NCBI GenBank assembly: GCA_964496705.1
Contig: CAZCBJ010000002.1
Coordinates: 1,488-57,664 of the forward strand
Direction of reading: 5' to 3'
Origin: an uncultured Anaerolineaceae bacterium
GTDB lineage: Bacteria; Chloroflexota; Anaerolineae; Anaerolineales; Anaerolineaceae
DNA: 56,177 bases
Both the position numbers and the translations under genes were made by a program. The stretch's first letter is position 1. Each line of letters opens with the position of its first letter. This document shows, piece by piece, positions 17,596 through 27,014 of this stretch. The notes below the pieces were generated by a model. The model did no database searches. It was not told the DNA's origin and saw nothing but the letters and a program-made list of their open reading frames with translations.

Positions 17596-18420
17596 TCAGC
17601 CCTCGCTGCAATCGCTGCAGGATTGCAGACCGAGCATTTCCTTCACCACCGGCAGCATCTGTTCCACCCACAGGCGGTACATTTCGCCGGAGGGGTGCAG
17701 GCTGTCAAAGGCGATCCAATCCGGGTGTTGCGCAGCCATGCGTGAGATGGCGGTCACGTCCACATACCTTGCCCTGGCTGCCATCGTCTCTGCGTAGTTG
17801 ACGGCATTGAAGGCGTCAATCTGCGCGGCGATCAGCCCGCGGTCAAAGCGCGCGCCGAAGGGGGTGGAACCCCAGTCCGGGATGGATAACACCAGCACCC
17901 GCCCGGGATCGCCGCCCGCCAGGTCAATGGCTTCGCTCAGCGCCTTCTGGAAGGAGGAGCGGTAGGTTTCGGCGTCGCCCCCGCGAAATTGGTCGTTCAC
18001 CCCGATCAACAGGGTGACCAACTGATAAGGACCCACAGGATTCAGACGGAAGACGCCCATCAACATCTCATTGGTGGTCCACCCGGGGCGGGCGATGATT
18101 TGCAGATCGTCGAACACATAGCCATCCTCAGCCAGGCGCATGGCCAACTGGGTGGGGTAGTTCTCGTCTTCGGCGACGGCCTGACCCACGGTATAGGAAT
18201 CTCCCAGCGCCAGGAAGCGCAAACTGGACGGGACGGGCGTGGGCTGCGCGCGCGGGGTGGGCGGGACGGTTGGGCTTGCGCTGGGGGACAGGCTGGGCAG
18301 AGGGGACGGCTCAGAGGTTGGCGGGATGGATGACTGCGGCAGGCAGGCGGTTAGCAGCAGAACTGCCAGGATCAAGACACCCAAAGATCGATATAGCATG
18401 GGTTTTCCAATGAATTCCAT
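17596..18420 (-). CDS. SGNH/GDSL hydrolase lipoprotein
   Basis: Signal peptide with lipobox LLLTAC, a Pro/Ser-rich linker, then ALGDSYTVG (block I), GVNDQ (block III) and DSLHPS (block V). Confidence 0.8.
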   Translation of the reverse strand: MEFIGKPMLYRSLGVLILAVLLLTACLPQSSIPPTSEPSPLPSLSPSASPTVPPTPRAQPTPVPSSLRFLALGDSYTVGQAVAEDENYPTQLAMRLAEDGYVFDDLQIIARPGWTTNEMLMGVFRLNPVGPYQLVTLLIGVNDQFRGGDAETYRSSFQKALSEAIDLAGGDPGRVLVLSIPDWGSTPFGARFDRGLIAAQIDAFNAVNYAETMAARARYVDVTAISRMAAQHPDWIAFDSLHPSGEMYRLWVEQMLPVVKEMLGLQSCSDCSEG

Positions 18421-18511
18421 TGACCCACTATATCATTTTCATGGGGCATTTGGTATGATTTGTACAAGAAAAAATTTAGCTATTTCCTCTCGTACCATAA
18501 AGGAGTGGTTT

Positions 18512-19018
18512 ATGGATACCCTTGAAGCCATTTTTACCCGGCGCAGCATCCGCAAATATCGCGCCGATGCGGTCAGCGAAGACCAAATTGAGACCTTGCT
18601 CAAGGCGGCCATGTTTGCGCCCTCGGCAGCCAACCGCCAGCCCTGGCATTTCATCGTCATCAGCGACCGGTCGCTGCTGGATGCGGTGCCGCAATTCCAC
18701 GAATATGCCGCCTTCCTGCGCGGTGCGCCGCTGGCCATCCTGGTCTGCGCGGATGAAAACCTGCAGAAGGTCGGTTGCTGGGAACAGGACTGCGCGGCAG
18801 CCACACAGAACATCCTGCTGGCTGCGCATGCGCTGGGCCTGGGCACCTGCTGGATCGGCATCCAACCGGTGGCAGAGCGGATCGCAGGCGTCCGCCTCCT
18901 GTTCAATTTACCCGAGCATGTCCAGCCGTTCAGCCTGATCGCGGTCGGGCATCCTGCCGATCAACCGACGCAGCCGGATCGTTATAAACCGGAGCGGGTG
19001 CACACCAACAGTTGGTAG
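18512..19018 (+). CDS. Nitroreductase family protein
   Basis: MDTLEAIFTRRSIRKYRADAVSEDQIETLLKAAMFAPSAANRQPWHFIVI. The ATG at 18512 is preceded by AAGGAG. The track start at 18239 would overlap the convergent/divergent neighbour. Confidence 0.85.
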   Translation: MDTLEAIFTRRSIRKYRADAVSEDQIETLLKAAMFAPSAANRQPWHFIVISDRSLLDAVPQFHEYAAFLRGAPLAILVCADENLQKVGCWEQDCAAATQNILLAAHALGLGTCWIGIQPVAERIAGVRLLFNLPEHVQPFSLIAVGHPADQPTQPDRYKPERVHTNSW

Positions 19019-19023
19019 TTGGT

Positions 19024-20082
19024 CTAGTACCAGCCTTCCTGGTTGACCGTTTCATACATCGCCAGGATGTTTTCCAGCGGGGTCAGCGGCTGGATATTAT
19101 GGCAGGGCGCCAGGATGTACCCACCGCCCGCGCCAAGGATACGCAAGTTGTCGCGCACTTCCTGACGCACCTCCTCCAATGTGCCGAAGGGCAGCGTATA
19201 TTGGTTGTCCACCGCGCCGTGAAAGACCACCTTTGAAGCATAGGTATCCTTAAGCATTTGGCGATCCATGCCGTTGGCGCGCCACTGGATGGGGTTGAGC
19301 GCGTCAATGCCCAGCGCAACCATGTCGGGCAGGATGCGCGTCACGTTGCCGTCGTTGTGGTGAAATACTTTCACCCCGGCGGAGTGGGCAAGATCGATCA
19401 TGCGCTTCATCCCCGGCAGCAGGAAGCGGTGGATGTGGCGGGGGGCTATCATCAGATCGGTCTGCGCGCCCATGTCCTCGGCGACATAGGAGATGAGCAC
19501 TTTTCCAGGGATGGCCTCATAGATGCGCAGCGTGTCCTGATAAGCCAGCTCAAACAGCTTACCCAGGCAGTATTCGACGATTTCTGGATTCTCCACCAGG
19601 TCAATGAAAGCCTGTTCCTGCCCGCGCAGGTTCTTATAGATCAGGAAGGGTTCGGAGCCGCCGCCGCGGATGGGGTAATCCTCCCAGCCTTTGATCTGCT
19701 CGGGCAGGCTGGAATAATCCCACCAATCCGGGGATGGCCAGCGGTAATTGTTTTCTATTTCTGTGACCGATGTGAAGCCAGCCAGTGGCGATTCAATGAC
19801 TTCATCATAGGAGCCGGTGGGGTATTGCACGGTGCGGTAGCGCACCCCAAACACATCCATCCCGGCGGGGATGTCCGCACCGACGTAATGACCGCTAACC
19901 CCGATCGGAAAATCCACGTCCAGCTTGATTAACATTTCGCGGTAATCAGCGCAGCCCAGGTGGCGCATTAATTTTTCGGAGATCTCTGGCGTGCCCCAAT
20001 AATCTGTGGGCACGCGGTCGGGCAGACGTCTATCTAACACAGCCTGCCAGCGTTCACGGGGAGTCATAGATCTTTTGTGCAT
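19024..20082 (-). CDS. Uroporphyrinogen decarboxylase (URO-D) family protein / methyltransferase-like
   Basis: MTPRERWQAVLDRRLPDRVPTDYWGTPE... with a TIM-barrel-length protein of 352 aa, typical of URO-D/MtaA-like paralogs. Confidence 0.75.
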   Translation of the reverse strand: MHKRSMTPRERWQAVLDRRLPDRVPTDYWGTPEISEKLMRHLGCADYREMLIKLDVDFPIGVSGHYVGADIPAGMDVFGVRYRTVQYPTGSYDEVIESPLAGFTSVTEIENNYRWPSPDWWDYSSLPEQIKGWEDYPIRGGGSEPFLIYKNLRGQEQAFIDLVENPEIVEYCLGKLFELAYQDTLRIYEAIPGKVLISYVAEDMGAQTDLMIAPRHIHRFLLPGMKRMIDLAHSAGVKVFHHNDGNVTRILPDMVALGIDALNPIQWRANGMDRQMLKDTYASKVVFHGAVDNQYTLPFGTLEEVRQEVRDNLRILGAGGGYILAPCHNIQPLTPLENILAMYETVNQEGWY

Positions 20083-20146
20083 CGTTGAAAAGCCCTTTCT
20101 GCTTGCCTCAGTCGCGCCGAGGGAGGATGGAAGATGGTGTGAAAGC

Positions 20147-23100
20147 CTAGTTGCAGGTGGTCCTGCTCCAGGTGACGGAGCCGTTGGTGACTGATACCTC
20201 CGGCTGCCCCGCTGGTGGTTGGTTGCCGCTGACCATCACGCTCCTGAGCAGCAATGTGCCGCCGTTGAGCGTCGCCAGGATGCCGTGCGCGCCCGAGCCG
20301 CTGATGATGGAACAGCTCAACGTGACCGCAGCAGACGAGCGGTGGGTGATCTCCAGTCCGGCATAACCTGGCGCGGTTGATCCGTTAGCGTACAGGCTGA
20401 CCTTGCTGAGTATGACGGTGTTGTTGGTATCCAGCTTGAGTCCGTTCTTGCCGTTGTTATTGAAACGGTTGGCGCCGAGGGTGGAGAGGATGCTCAGCGT
20501 GCCTGCGCTGGTGCAGGCTGGGTTGGCCAGGCAAGTGTCCAGATTGGCGCCAAAACCGCCGTTGCCGCTGGCAGAGATATTGTTGAGGGTTAGCGCACCG
20601 CGCGCGCGAACTTCCAGGCCGTCGCCGCTGTTGCGGTCAAAGTTACTGGATGAAATGGTCACCGGCTTGCTGAGCGCGGCAGTTTCGTTGCTGAGCACCG
20701 CGCCGGAGAGCAGATTGTCCGAAGCGTTGACCTTGAGCAATGTGATCGCGCCGCTGGAACGGATTTCGAGACCGATGCTGTCCAGGCCGTTGAACTGCCC
20801 ATTCTGGACGCGGATATCGCCGATGCCGTCGGCATTGCTCAGGTAAGCGCCGCCAGTCGGGCTGCCGTCCAGCAGAGTGCCGTTGACAGTCAGGCTGTTG
20901 AGGGTAATCGCGCCTTTGGCAACCGCGTGCAGACCGTAACCGAAATTGTTGTCAAAATGATTTTCGCCCAGAGTATTCAACAGCGTGATCGCGCCGCTGC
21001 CTTCGCAGGGCAATCCGCTGGTCAGGCAGGCGTCCAAATCTGCGCCGCGACCGCTGTTTCCACTGGCGATGATCGCATTGAGGGTGAGATTGCCCTTCGA
21101 GGTGACCGCAAGACCGTCTCCACTGTTGCCGCTGAAGACGCTGCTTGAGATGGAGACCGCGCGCAGCGCGCCGGTGATGGCGCTGTTGTCCAGGCTGGCG
21201 CCGCTGCCGCCCAGGTTCCAGCTGGCCAAAACGCCGCGCAGGGTCAGCGTTCCTTTCGATTCGACCTTGAGCCCGTAGGCTTCGTTGTGATTGAAGCTGG
21301 AACCGCTGATCGTCACCGGGTTCAAAGCATAGTGGTTGGCGATCCAGGCGCCAAAGCCGGTGTTGGCATTCTCACTGGCGGATGTGCCGTTGATGATAAC
21401 AATCCCGCGTGTGTCAATTTTCAGGCCGCTGCCCTTGTTTTGGTCAAAGTTATTTGCGCCCAGCGAGCTGAGCAGGCTGATGTTGCCGCTCCCTGCACAG
21501 ATTCCGCCGCCGGCTGATTGGCAGTTATCCAGCGCTGCGCCGGGTCCGCTGAGGCTGCCGCTGGCGGAGACATGGTTGAGGGTGATGGATCCCTTTGAAT
21601 CCACGCTCAGTCCGCCGGCAAAGTTGCCGTCAAATTCCGACTGGGTGATGGTCACAATGGGAGCGCCGCCCGGATTCAGGTTGTTCAACAACGCGCCGCT
21701 GCCGGTGAGCGATCCGCTGGAGATCACGCGGCTGAGGGTGATGCTGCCCCAGCTGGTCACCACAAGCCCGTCGTTGTTATTCCCTTCGGCGCGCAGGTTG
21801 GCAGCCGTGACTATACTGGGGGCGACGGCATTGTTCAGGTTCACCCCGCCGCCGCCGTTGCCGCTGGCGGTGGTATCCCGCACGGCGAGGTTGCCGCGAC
21901 CGCTGATCACCAAACCGCTGCCGTAGTTGTTGGAGAAGGCGTTGGCGCCCAACGTGCCCAGGACGCTCACCGCCCCCAGGCTGGAGGTGAGCAGCGCGCC
22001 GGTCCCGCCGCTGTTGCCGCTGGCGCTGACATGGTTGAGGCTGACCGCGCCGGCTGCCAGCACCGCCAAGCCGTCGGAAGGTGAACCGCTGGTGTTGCGG
22101 TCAAAGGTGCTGGAGGTGAGGGTGACCAGCCTGGGTTGTGCAGTTGAGGCCGCGTCACCGATGGTTGCGCCGTGCAGATCATTGTCGTTGGCGTTGACCC
22201 GCAGGAGCGCCACCGAACCGCGGCTGTCAATGCCCAGGCCGCGCTGGTCGTTGGCGTTGAATATGCCGTTGGTGATGGAGATATTCCCGACGCCGCCCAC
22301 ATTGTCAATCAGCGCGCCGTTCCCGCTGTTTCGGCTGGCGCTCAGCCCGTTGAGGGTGATCGTGCCGCCGCTGAGGATGGACAATCCATTTTCGGTATTG
22401 CCGGTGAACAAATTGGCGCCTAGCGTGCTGCTCAGCGTGACACCGGCCGTGTAAGCGCAGCGGTTGGTGTCAAAATCCAACATGCAATTCTCGACGAATA
22501 ATCCGTTGGCACCGTTACCGCCGGCGACGAGCGCGTTGAGCGTCACCGACCCGCGCGAAAAGACCTCGATGCCCATGGAGCCATTGTCAGAAGCGATCAG
22601 CGCGGTCAGGCTGACCGGTTGGGCGCTCAGCGCCGGTTGATTGGATACCGAAACGCCGCTGCCAGTTTCGTTGCGGTTGGCCAGAATATTGCGCATCGTC
22701 ACCGCGCCAAGCACATCAACGTACAGACCGAAGCCGGCATTATCATTGAACAGGCTGTTGGTCACCCGGGTGAGTCCAGCTTTCGCGCTGAACAGCACAG
22801 CGCCGTCACCGAAATTGCTGTGCATGCCGTTTTCAGACGCATCCACCCGGTTGAGCGTGATGGCGCCGGAGTTGTCAATTAACAGACCGCTGTCGTTCAG
22901 GTTTCCGCGGAAGACAGCGTTGTCCAGGGTTACAGCACCGCCTCCGATGACCGTTGCCCCGCCCATCCGATTGTTGGAAGCGCTGAGATTCGCCAGGCTG
23001 ACCGGTCCCGGAGTGAGGCCGATGTCAAAAGCTTGCAGTCCATAACCGCTGGCTTCCAGCAGCGGGTTGTTGCCGAGCCCGTTGCGATCAAAGAGACTGT

Positions 23101-24025
23101 TGCGGATGGTCAGGTTGCGCGCGTATTCGATATAGACGCCGTCTGAGCAGCGGTTGTTGCTCACCACCACGTTGTCGAGCTTGACCGCGTTGATGGCGTG
23201 AATTTCCAGACCGTAATCGTCGAAAGCGGAGCAGTTGCCGTTGTTGCCGCTGAAGCTGCTGTTCAGGATGGTGACCGTGCCGCTGCCTGCGGTGACGTCA
23301 ATCAACGCGCCCGAGTAAGCGCCGGTCGCCGTGACGTTGGTGAGGCTGACGCTGCCGGAATGATTTATGATTTCGATGGCAATATTGCCGTCCGGCGGGT
23401 CGACCAGCAGGTCGTTGAGCCGGATCAGACCGCTGTTGCCCTCCGCGTTCACCTGCCCGCCGAGAATGCTGAAATTGCTCAGGGTCACGTTGGCGTTGCT
23501 GATGAAAACGTTGTTCTGCAGGATGGTGTTGTGGGTTTGCTGACCGGAGACGCTGATGGATTTGTGCACATCGAAGCCGGCGGCGTAAGTGCCCGCGGGC
23601 GCCCACACAGTCCACCCGCTCAACACTTTGCCGTCATTGATGGCGTCCTGGATGACGGTGATATTGCCCAGCGTGCAATTCAATCCGGTGCCGCCCAGCC
23701 ACTTGGGCAGCACGCCGGGCGGACAGCCCTGGACATAATTCACCATCTGCGCTTGAACGGCCAGCCCCTGGGCAGAGACTACCGGGTTGCCCTGAACGTC
23801 TACAAGTTGCCCATCCTGCAAATAGGCAGCCTGGGATGAGTCAGCCACCTCGTCGGGAGACTGTCTGGGGGGGCGGGGCTGTTCAGCGGCAGAGCCGCTG
23901 CCGCTGCCGCCCTCAGGAACCGGTGGTGGGGGAGGCTCCGCCAAAACCGGATGGGACAGCCCGGCCAGCATGGCCAGCAGCAGGCTGAAGGTTGCCAGGA
24001 TTTGTATTCGGTGAGTTTGTTTCAT
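20147..24025 (-). CDS. Secreted giant right-handed parallel beta-helix repeat protein (PbH1-type), putative surface/adhesin protein
   Basis: Signal peptide (MKQTHRIQILATFSLLLAMLAGLSHPVLA), then a PPPPP/GSGSGS linker. More than 40 Gly/Asn/Ser-rich ~22-25-aa coils of the form GxGLxVxSxGxITLNxVxASxN follow. No catalytic motif recognised. Confidence 0.85.
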   Translation of the reverse strand: MKQTHRIQILATFSLLLAMLAGLSHPVLAEPPPPPVPEGGSGSGSAAEQPRPPRQSPDEVADSSQAAYLQDGQLVDVQGNPVVSAQGLAVQAQMVNYVQGCPPGVLPKWLGGTGLNCTLGNITVIQDAINDGKVLSGWTVWAPAGTYAAGFDVHKSISVSGQQTHNTILQNNVFISNANVTLSNFSILGGQVNAEGNSGLIRLNDLLVDPPDGNIAIEIINHSGSVSLTNVTATGAYSGALIDVTAGSGTVTILNSSFSGNNGNCSAFDDYGLEIHAINAVKLDNVVVSNNRCSDGVYIEYARNLTIRNSLFDRNGLGNNPLLEASGYGLQAFDIGLTPGPVSLANLSASNNRMGGATVIGGGAVTLDNAVFRGNLNDSGLLIDNSGAITLNRVDASENGMHSNFGDGAVLFSAKAGLTRVTNSLFNDNAGFGLYVDVLGAVTMRNILANRNETGSGVSVSNQPALSAQPVSLTALIASDNGSMGIEVFSRGSVTLNALVAGGNGANGLFVENCMLDFDTNRCAYTAGVTLSSTLGANLFTGNTENGLSILSGGTITLNGLSASRNSGNGALIDNVGGVGNISITNGIFNANDQRGLGIDSRGSVALLRVNANDNDLHGATIGDAASTAQPRLVTLTSSTFDRNTSGSPSDGLAVLAAGAVSLNHVSASGNSGGTGALLTSSLGAVSVLGTLGANAFSNNYGSGLVISGRGNLAVRDTTASGNGGGGVNLNNAVAPSIVTAANLRAEGNNNDGLVVTSWGSITLSRVISSGSLTGSGALLNNLNPGGAPIVTITQSEFDGNFAGGLSVDSKGSITLNHVSASGSLSGPGAALDNCQSAGGGICAGSGNISLLSSLGANNFDQNKGSGLKIDTRGIVIINGTSASENANTGFGAWIANHYALNPVTISGSSFNHNEAYGLKVESKGTLTLRGVLASWNLGGSGASLDNSAITGALRAVSISSSVFSGNSGDGLAVTSKGNLTLNAIIASGNSGRGADLDACLTSGLPCEGSGAITLLNTLGENHFDNNFGYGLHAVAKGAITLNSLTVNGTLLDGSPTGGAYLSNADGIGDIRVQNGQFNGLDSIGLEIRSSGAITLLKVNASDNLLSGAVLSNETAALSKPVTISSSNFDRNSGDGLEVRARGALTLNNISASGNGGFGANLDTCLANPACTSAGTLSILSTLGANRFNNNGKNGLKLDTNNTVILSKVSLYANGSTAPGYAGLEITHRSSAAVTLSCSIISGSGAHGILATLNGGTLLLRSVMVSGNQPPAGQPEVSVTNGSVTWSRTTCN

Positions 24026-24243
24026 CTCGCTTCCTTTTTCTGATCAGGGGAGTGTTTATTTGTGGAATGATCGACCTGGAGAATTGGATTTCCGAGCCCG
24101 GCCTCCTGTATCATACCCGAAAAATTTTATTTTGTAACCCAATCCATAAGTGCCTGCCTTAACCGAACCTTAACAAAACAATAAACCCTTTGAATGCTGA
24201 GGCTGATATACTCAATCTGATACTGGTGACAGAAGGAAAGCCC

Positions 24244-24672
24244 ATGAAAAAAAAAGTCTTGATTCTCTGCACAGGCAACTCATGCCGTTCGCAAATGACT
24301 GAGGCGATGATCAATCATTACCTGGCCAGCACCTGGCAGGCGTTCAGCGCTGGCACCCAGCCCGCCGGCTACGTGCATCCCCTGGCCCTTCAGGTGTTGG
24401 CTGAGATTGGCATCCTGCACAGCGGGAAATCCAAGTCTGTGGAACAGTTCCAGGGGCAGGCATTTGATCTGGTGATCACTGTGTGCGGCGAGGCGGCGGA
24501 GGATTGTCCGCTGTGGCTGGGACGCGAGAAACGGGTGCATATCGGTTTCATCGATCCCGCCAAAGCAACCGGCTCTCCTGAGGATATCCTGCAGGTTTTT
24601 CGAGTGGTGCGCGATGATATCCGCGAAAAAATCCTTCCTTACCTGACGGAAATCACTCAAAATGCCGGATAA
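24244..24672 (+). CDS. arsC: Arsenate reductase, thioredoxin-coupled LMW-PTP type
   Basis: P-loop LCTGNSCRSQM, the Cys pair VCGEAAEDCP and HIGFIDPA match the S. aureus/B. subtilis ArsC triad. The ATG at 24244 is preferred over the track start. Confidence 0.85.
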   Translation: MKKKVLILCTGNSCRSQMTEAMINHYLASTWQAFSAGTQPAGYVHPLALQVLAEIGILHSGKSKSVEQFQGQAFDLVITVCGEAAEDCPLWLGREKRVHIGFIDPAKATGSPEDILQVFRVVRDDIREKILPYLTEITQNAG

Positions 24673-24728
24673 ATGACCTGACCCAAATGGGGATTGGGTT
24701 GATCCAATTGGAGTAAAATCAGGTTTTG

Positions 24729-26234
24729 ATGTCCAAAACGATCCTGATCATCGGCGGGGGCATCGCCGGCCTGGCTGCCGGTTGTTATGCCCGCATGAAC
24801 GGCTATCAAGCCAAAATCTTTGAATTGCACAGCATCCCGGGCGGGTTGTGCACCTCCTGGGAGCGCAAGAATTATGTGCTGGACGGTTGCATTTCCTACC
24901 TTTTTGGCTCGGGGCAGGGGCAGCCGTTCAGTTACCTGTGGCAAGAGTTGGGCGTGGCGCGCTGGGAGCAGTTCATTCACCTGGACGAATTCATGCGCGT
25001 CAGCGCGGCTGATGGCCAGACCCTCGTTGTACACAGCGACCCTGATCAGCTTGAAGAGCATCTCTGCCAGCTTTCGCCGGCTGACGCGCGCTTGGCCCGC
25101 AGCCTGGCCGACGGGGTGCGGCGTTTCACCCGTTTTGACCTGTCTGTGCAGTACGAGAAGTCGCGCGAGTTGATGACGGGGCCGGATTGGGCAGGATTTG
25201 GGCGCAAGATGATGCCGTTCCTGGGGGACATGGCCCGCTACGCCATGCTGTCGGCCAGTGATTACGCCAAACAATACCGCGATCCATTTTTGCGCGTTGC
25301 GCTGCGCCACGCGTTTGCCTGGCCGGAGCAGCCGATGGTCAGCAGCCTGTCGCTGCTGGCTTCCATGCACACGCGCAACGCCGGATTCCCTGCCGGCGGG
25401 TCGCTGAATTTTGCGCGCGGGATAGAGCAGCGTTTCCGCGACCTGGGCGGCGAAATCCTGTATCAGGCGCAGGTTGAAAAGATTCTGGTGGAAGACGACC
25501 GGGCGGTGGGCGTGCGCCTCTACAATGATGAGATTTACCGCGGCGACAGGGTCATATCAGCCTGCGACGGGCGCGGGACGTTGTTCTATATGCTGGGCAA
25601 GCAATTTGTGCCGCGGAAAATTCGCGGGTATTATGATGGGCATCTTGCGCTGATGCCGATGATCCAGGTCTCGTTGGGCGTGAACCGCGATTTGAGCGAC
25701 CAACCTCATTGGGTCACTCATCTGCTGGATCAGCCCATCTTCATCGGCGGATTGGAGCAGACCGAGATCGAGGTCAAAAACTATTGCTTCGATCCCAGTC
25801 TGGCCCCCAAGGGCAAGTCGGTGGTAGTGGTGCAAATTCCTGCCGTGTATGATTACTGGCAGCGCATCTACGGTCACCGCTTGTATGACACTGAACAGGA
25901 TCAGGTGGCGCAGATTGTGCTGGATTATCTGGAGACGCTCTATCCCGGCATCCGCAGTCAGGTGGAGATGGTGGACGTGGCCACCCCGCTCAGTTACGAA
26001 CGCTACACCGGCAACTGGCAGGGATCGGCCTGCGGTTTCCTGCTCACCAACCGCAGCATGCTAATGCTGCTGAGCGGGATGGAGAAAACGCTCCCCGGGT
26101 TAAAAAATTTCTACATGGCCGGGCAATGGGTCGAACCGGGCGGCAGCGTGGCGATCTCCGCTGTTTCGGGGCGTCAAGTGCTGCAGATGATCTGCGCTGC
26201 AGATGGCAGACGCTTCGAAACCCGAACAGGATGA
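24729..26234 (+). CDS. FAD-dependent oxidoreductase, phytoene desaturase (CrtI)-like family
   Basis: KTILIIGGGIAGLAAGCYARMNGYQAKIFELHSIPGGLCTSW dinucleotide-binding motif plus the C-terminal GQWVEPGGSV motif. Confidence 0.8.
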   Translation: MSKTILIIGGGIAGLAAGCYARMNGYQAKIFELHSIPGGLCTSWERKNYVLDGCISYLFGSGQGQPFSYLWQELGVARWEQFIHLDEFMRVSAADGQTLVVHSDPDQLEEHLCQLSPADARLARSLADGVRRFTRFDLSVQYEKSRELMTGPDWAGFGRKMMPFLGDMARYAMLSASDYAKQYRDPFLRVALRHAFAWPEQPMVSSLSLLASMHTRNAGFPAGGSLNFARGIEQRFRDLGGEILYQAQVEKILVEDDRAVGVRLYNDEIYRGDRVISACDGRGTLFYMLGKQFVPRKIRGYYDGHLALMPMIQVSLGVNRDLSDQPHWVTHLLDQPIFIGGLEQTEIEVKNYCFDPSLAPKGKSVVVVQIPAVYDYWQRIYGHRLYDTEQDQVAQIVLDYLETLYPGIRSQVEMVDVATPLSYERYTGNWQGSACGFLLTNRSMLMLLSGMEKTLPGLKNFYMAGQWVEPGGSVAISAVSGRQVLQMICAADGRRFETRTG

Positions 26235-26248
26235 GACATTTAATCAGC

Positions 26249-26277
26249 TTGACAGCCTGACCTCCTGAAGCTACAAT
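26249..26277 (+). promoter_or_regulatory. Sigma70-type promoter TTGACA-17 nt-TACAAT driving the Mn riboswitch/mntP unit
   Basis: TTGACA at 26249-26254, a 17-nt spacer and TACAAT at 26272-26277. The predicted TSS (~26284) coincides with the 5' end of the riboswitch. Confidence 0.65.
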
Positions 26278-26283
26278 GCTTTT

Positions 26284-26386
26284 TGGTTGGGGAGTAGCTG
26301 CCTGCCTGACGCAGGATGGGCTGTCGACATACCGGAGGAATTCCTCCCGGCTGCCCAATAGCCATGCGAATTGCGAGACCATCCGA
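26284..26386 (+). ncRNA. yybP-ykoY (manganese) riboswitch
   Basis: Conserved blocks are present in order: UUGGGGAGUAGC (26288-26299), GUCGACAUAC (26323-26332), the hairpin CCGGAGGaauuCCUCCCGG, and UUGCGAGACC (26371-26380). It sits directly upstream of an MntP-family gene, the classic context. Confidence 0.7.
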
Positions 26387-26413
26387 AAATTTGCCGTTCG
26401 GAGGTCTTTTCTT
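26377..26413 (+). terminator. Intrinsic terminator forming the riboswitch expression platform
   Basis: GACC-a-UCCGAA (26377-26387) pairs with UUCGGAGGUC (26397-26406), giving a 10-bp stem with a 9-nt loop, followed by UUUUCUU. The 5' arm overlaps the 3' strand of the riboswitch P1 (GAGACC). Confidence 0.65.
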
Positions 26414-26439
26414 ATGCTCTTCCTTGCCAGAGGTATCGC

Positions 26440-26997
26440 TTGAGCCTGATCACATCAATTGTCATTGCCATCGGCCTGGCCATGGATGCTTTCGCTGTGT
26501 CGTTATCCATCGGGACGACCGGTCAGGCGGATGATCTGCGCTCAAAATTCCGTCTGGCGTTTCATTTTGGTTTATTTCAGGCGGGGATGACCCTGGCTGG
26601 ATTTTTCCTGGGAAGCACGATTGCTGCCTTCATTGACCGTTTTGACCACTGGCTGGCGTTTGGTTTGCTGCTGTATGTGGGGATCAACATGATCCGCTCG
26701 GGATTGGATGAGGAGCGCAAGGCTTTCCCCTCCAATCCCAGCAAGGGGCGCTTTCTTGTGATTCTCAGCGTGGCCACCAGCCTGGATGCGCTGGCGGTTG
26801 GGCTGAGCCTGGCCTTTCTAGGCGCGTCCATCTACCTCCCTGCGCTGATCATTGGGTTGGTGGCTTTTGCCTTTTCAGCGTTGGCTTCCATGGCCGGCAC
26901 CCAGCTCGGGGTGAAGTTTGGCAAACGGGTGGAAATTTTGGGCGGATTAATTTTGCTCGGTATCGGGGTGAAAATCTTGATCGAGCATCTGGGCTGA
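26440..26997 (+). CDS. mntP: Manganese efflux pump MntP family
   Basis: LSLITSIVIAIGLAMDAFAVSLSIG and the second repeat SVATSLDALAVGLS are MntP hallmarks. The TTG at 26440 is proposed as the start because the in-frame ATG at 26371 lies inside the riboswitch. The exact start is uncertain. Confidence 0.8.
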   Translation: MSLITSIVIAIGLAMDAFAVSLSIGTTGQADDLRSKFRLAFHFGLFQAGMTLAGFFLGSTIAAFIDRFDHWLAFGLLLYVGINMIRSGLDEERKAFPSNPSKGRFLVILSVATSLDALAVGLSLAFLGASIYLPALIIGLVAFAFSALASMAGTQLGVKFGKRVEILGGLILLGIGVKILIEHLG

Positions 26998-27014
26998 GTG
27001 GATGGAGCGGGGGA

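Noticed and set aside
24244-24672. LMW protein-tyrosine phosphatase as the cognate phosphatase of the BY-kinase at 27932-29629
   Set aside because: The protein carries the ArsC-specific second and third cysteines (VCGEAAEDCP) and the HxGFxDP motif. It is also separated from the kinase by unrelated genes on the other strand. An arsenate reductase call is better supported.
26371-26439. ATG at 26371 as the mntP start codon
   Set aside because: This ATG and the following 14 codons lie inside the riboswitch aptamer and terminator hairpin. The encoded MRDHPKICRSEVFSYALPCQRYR is not MntP-like.
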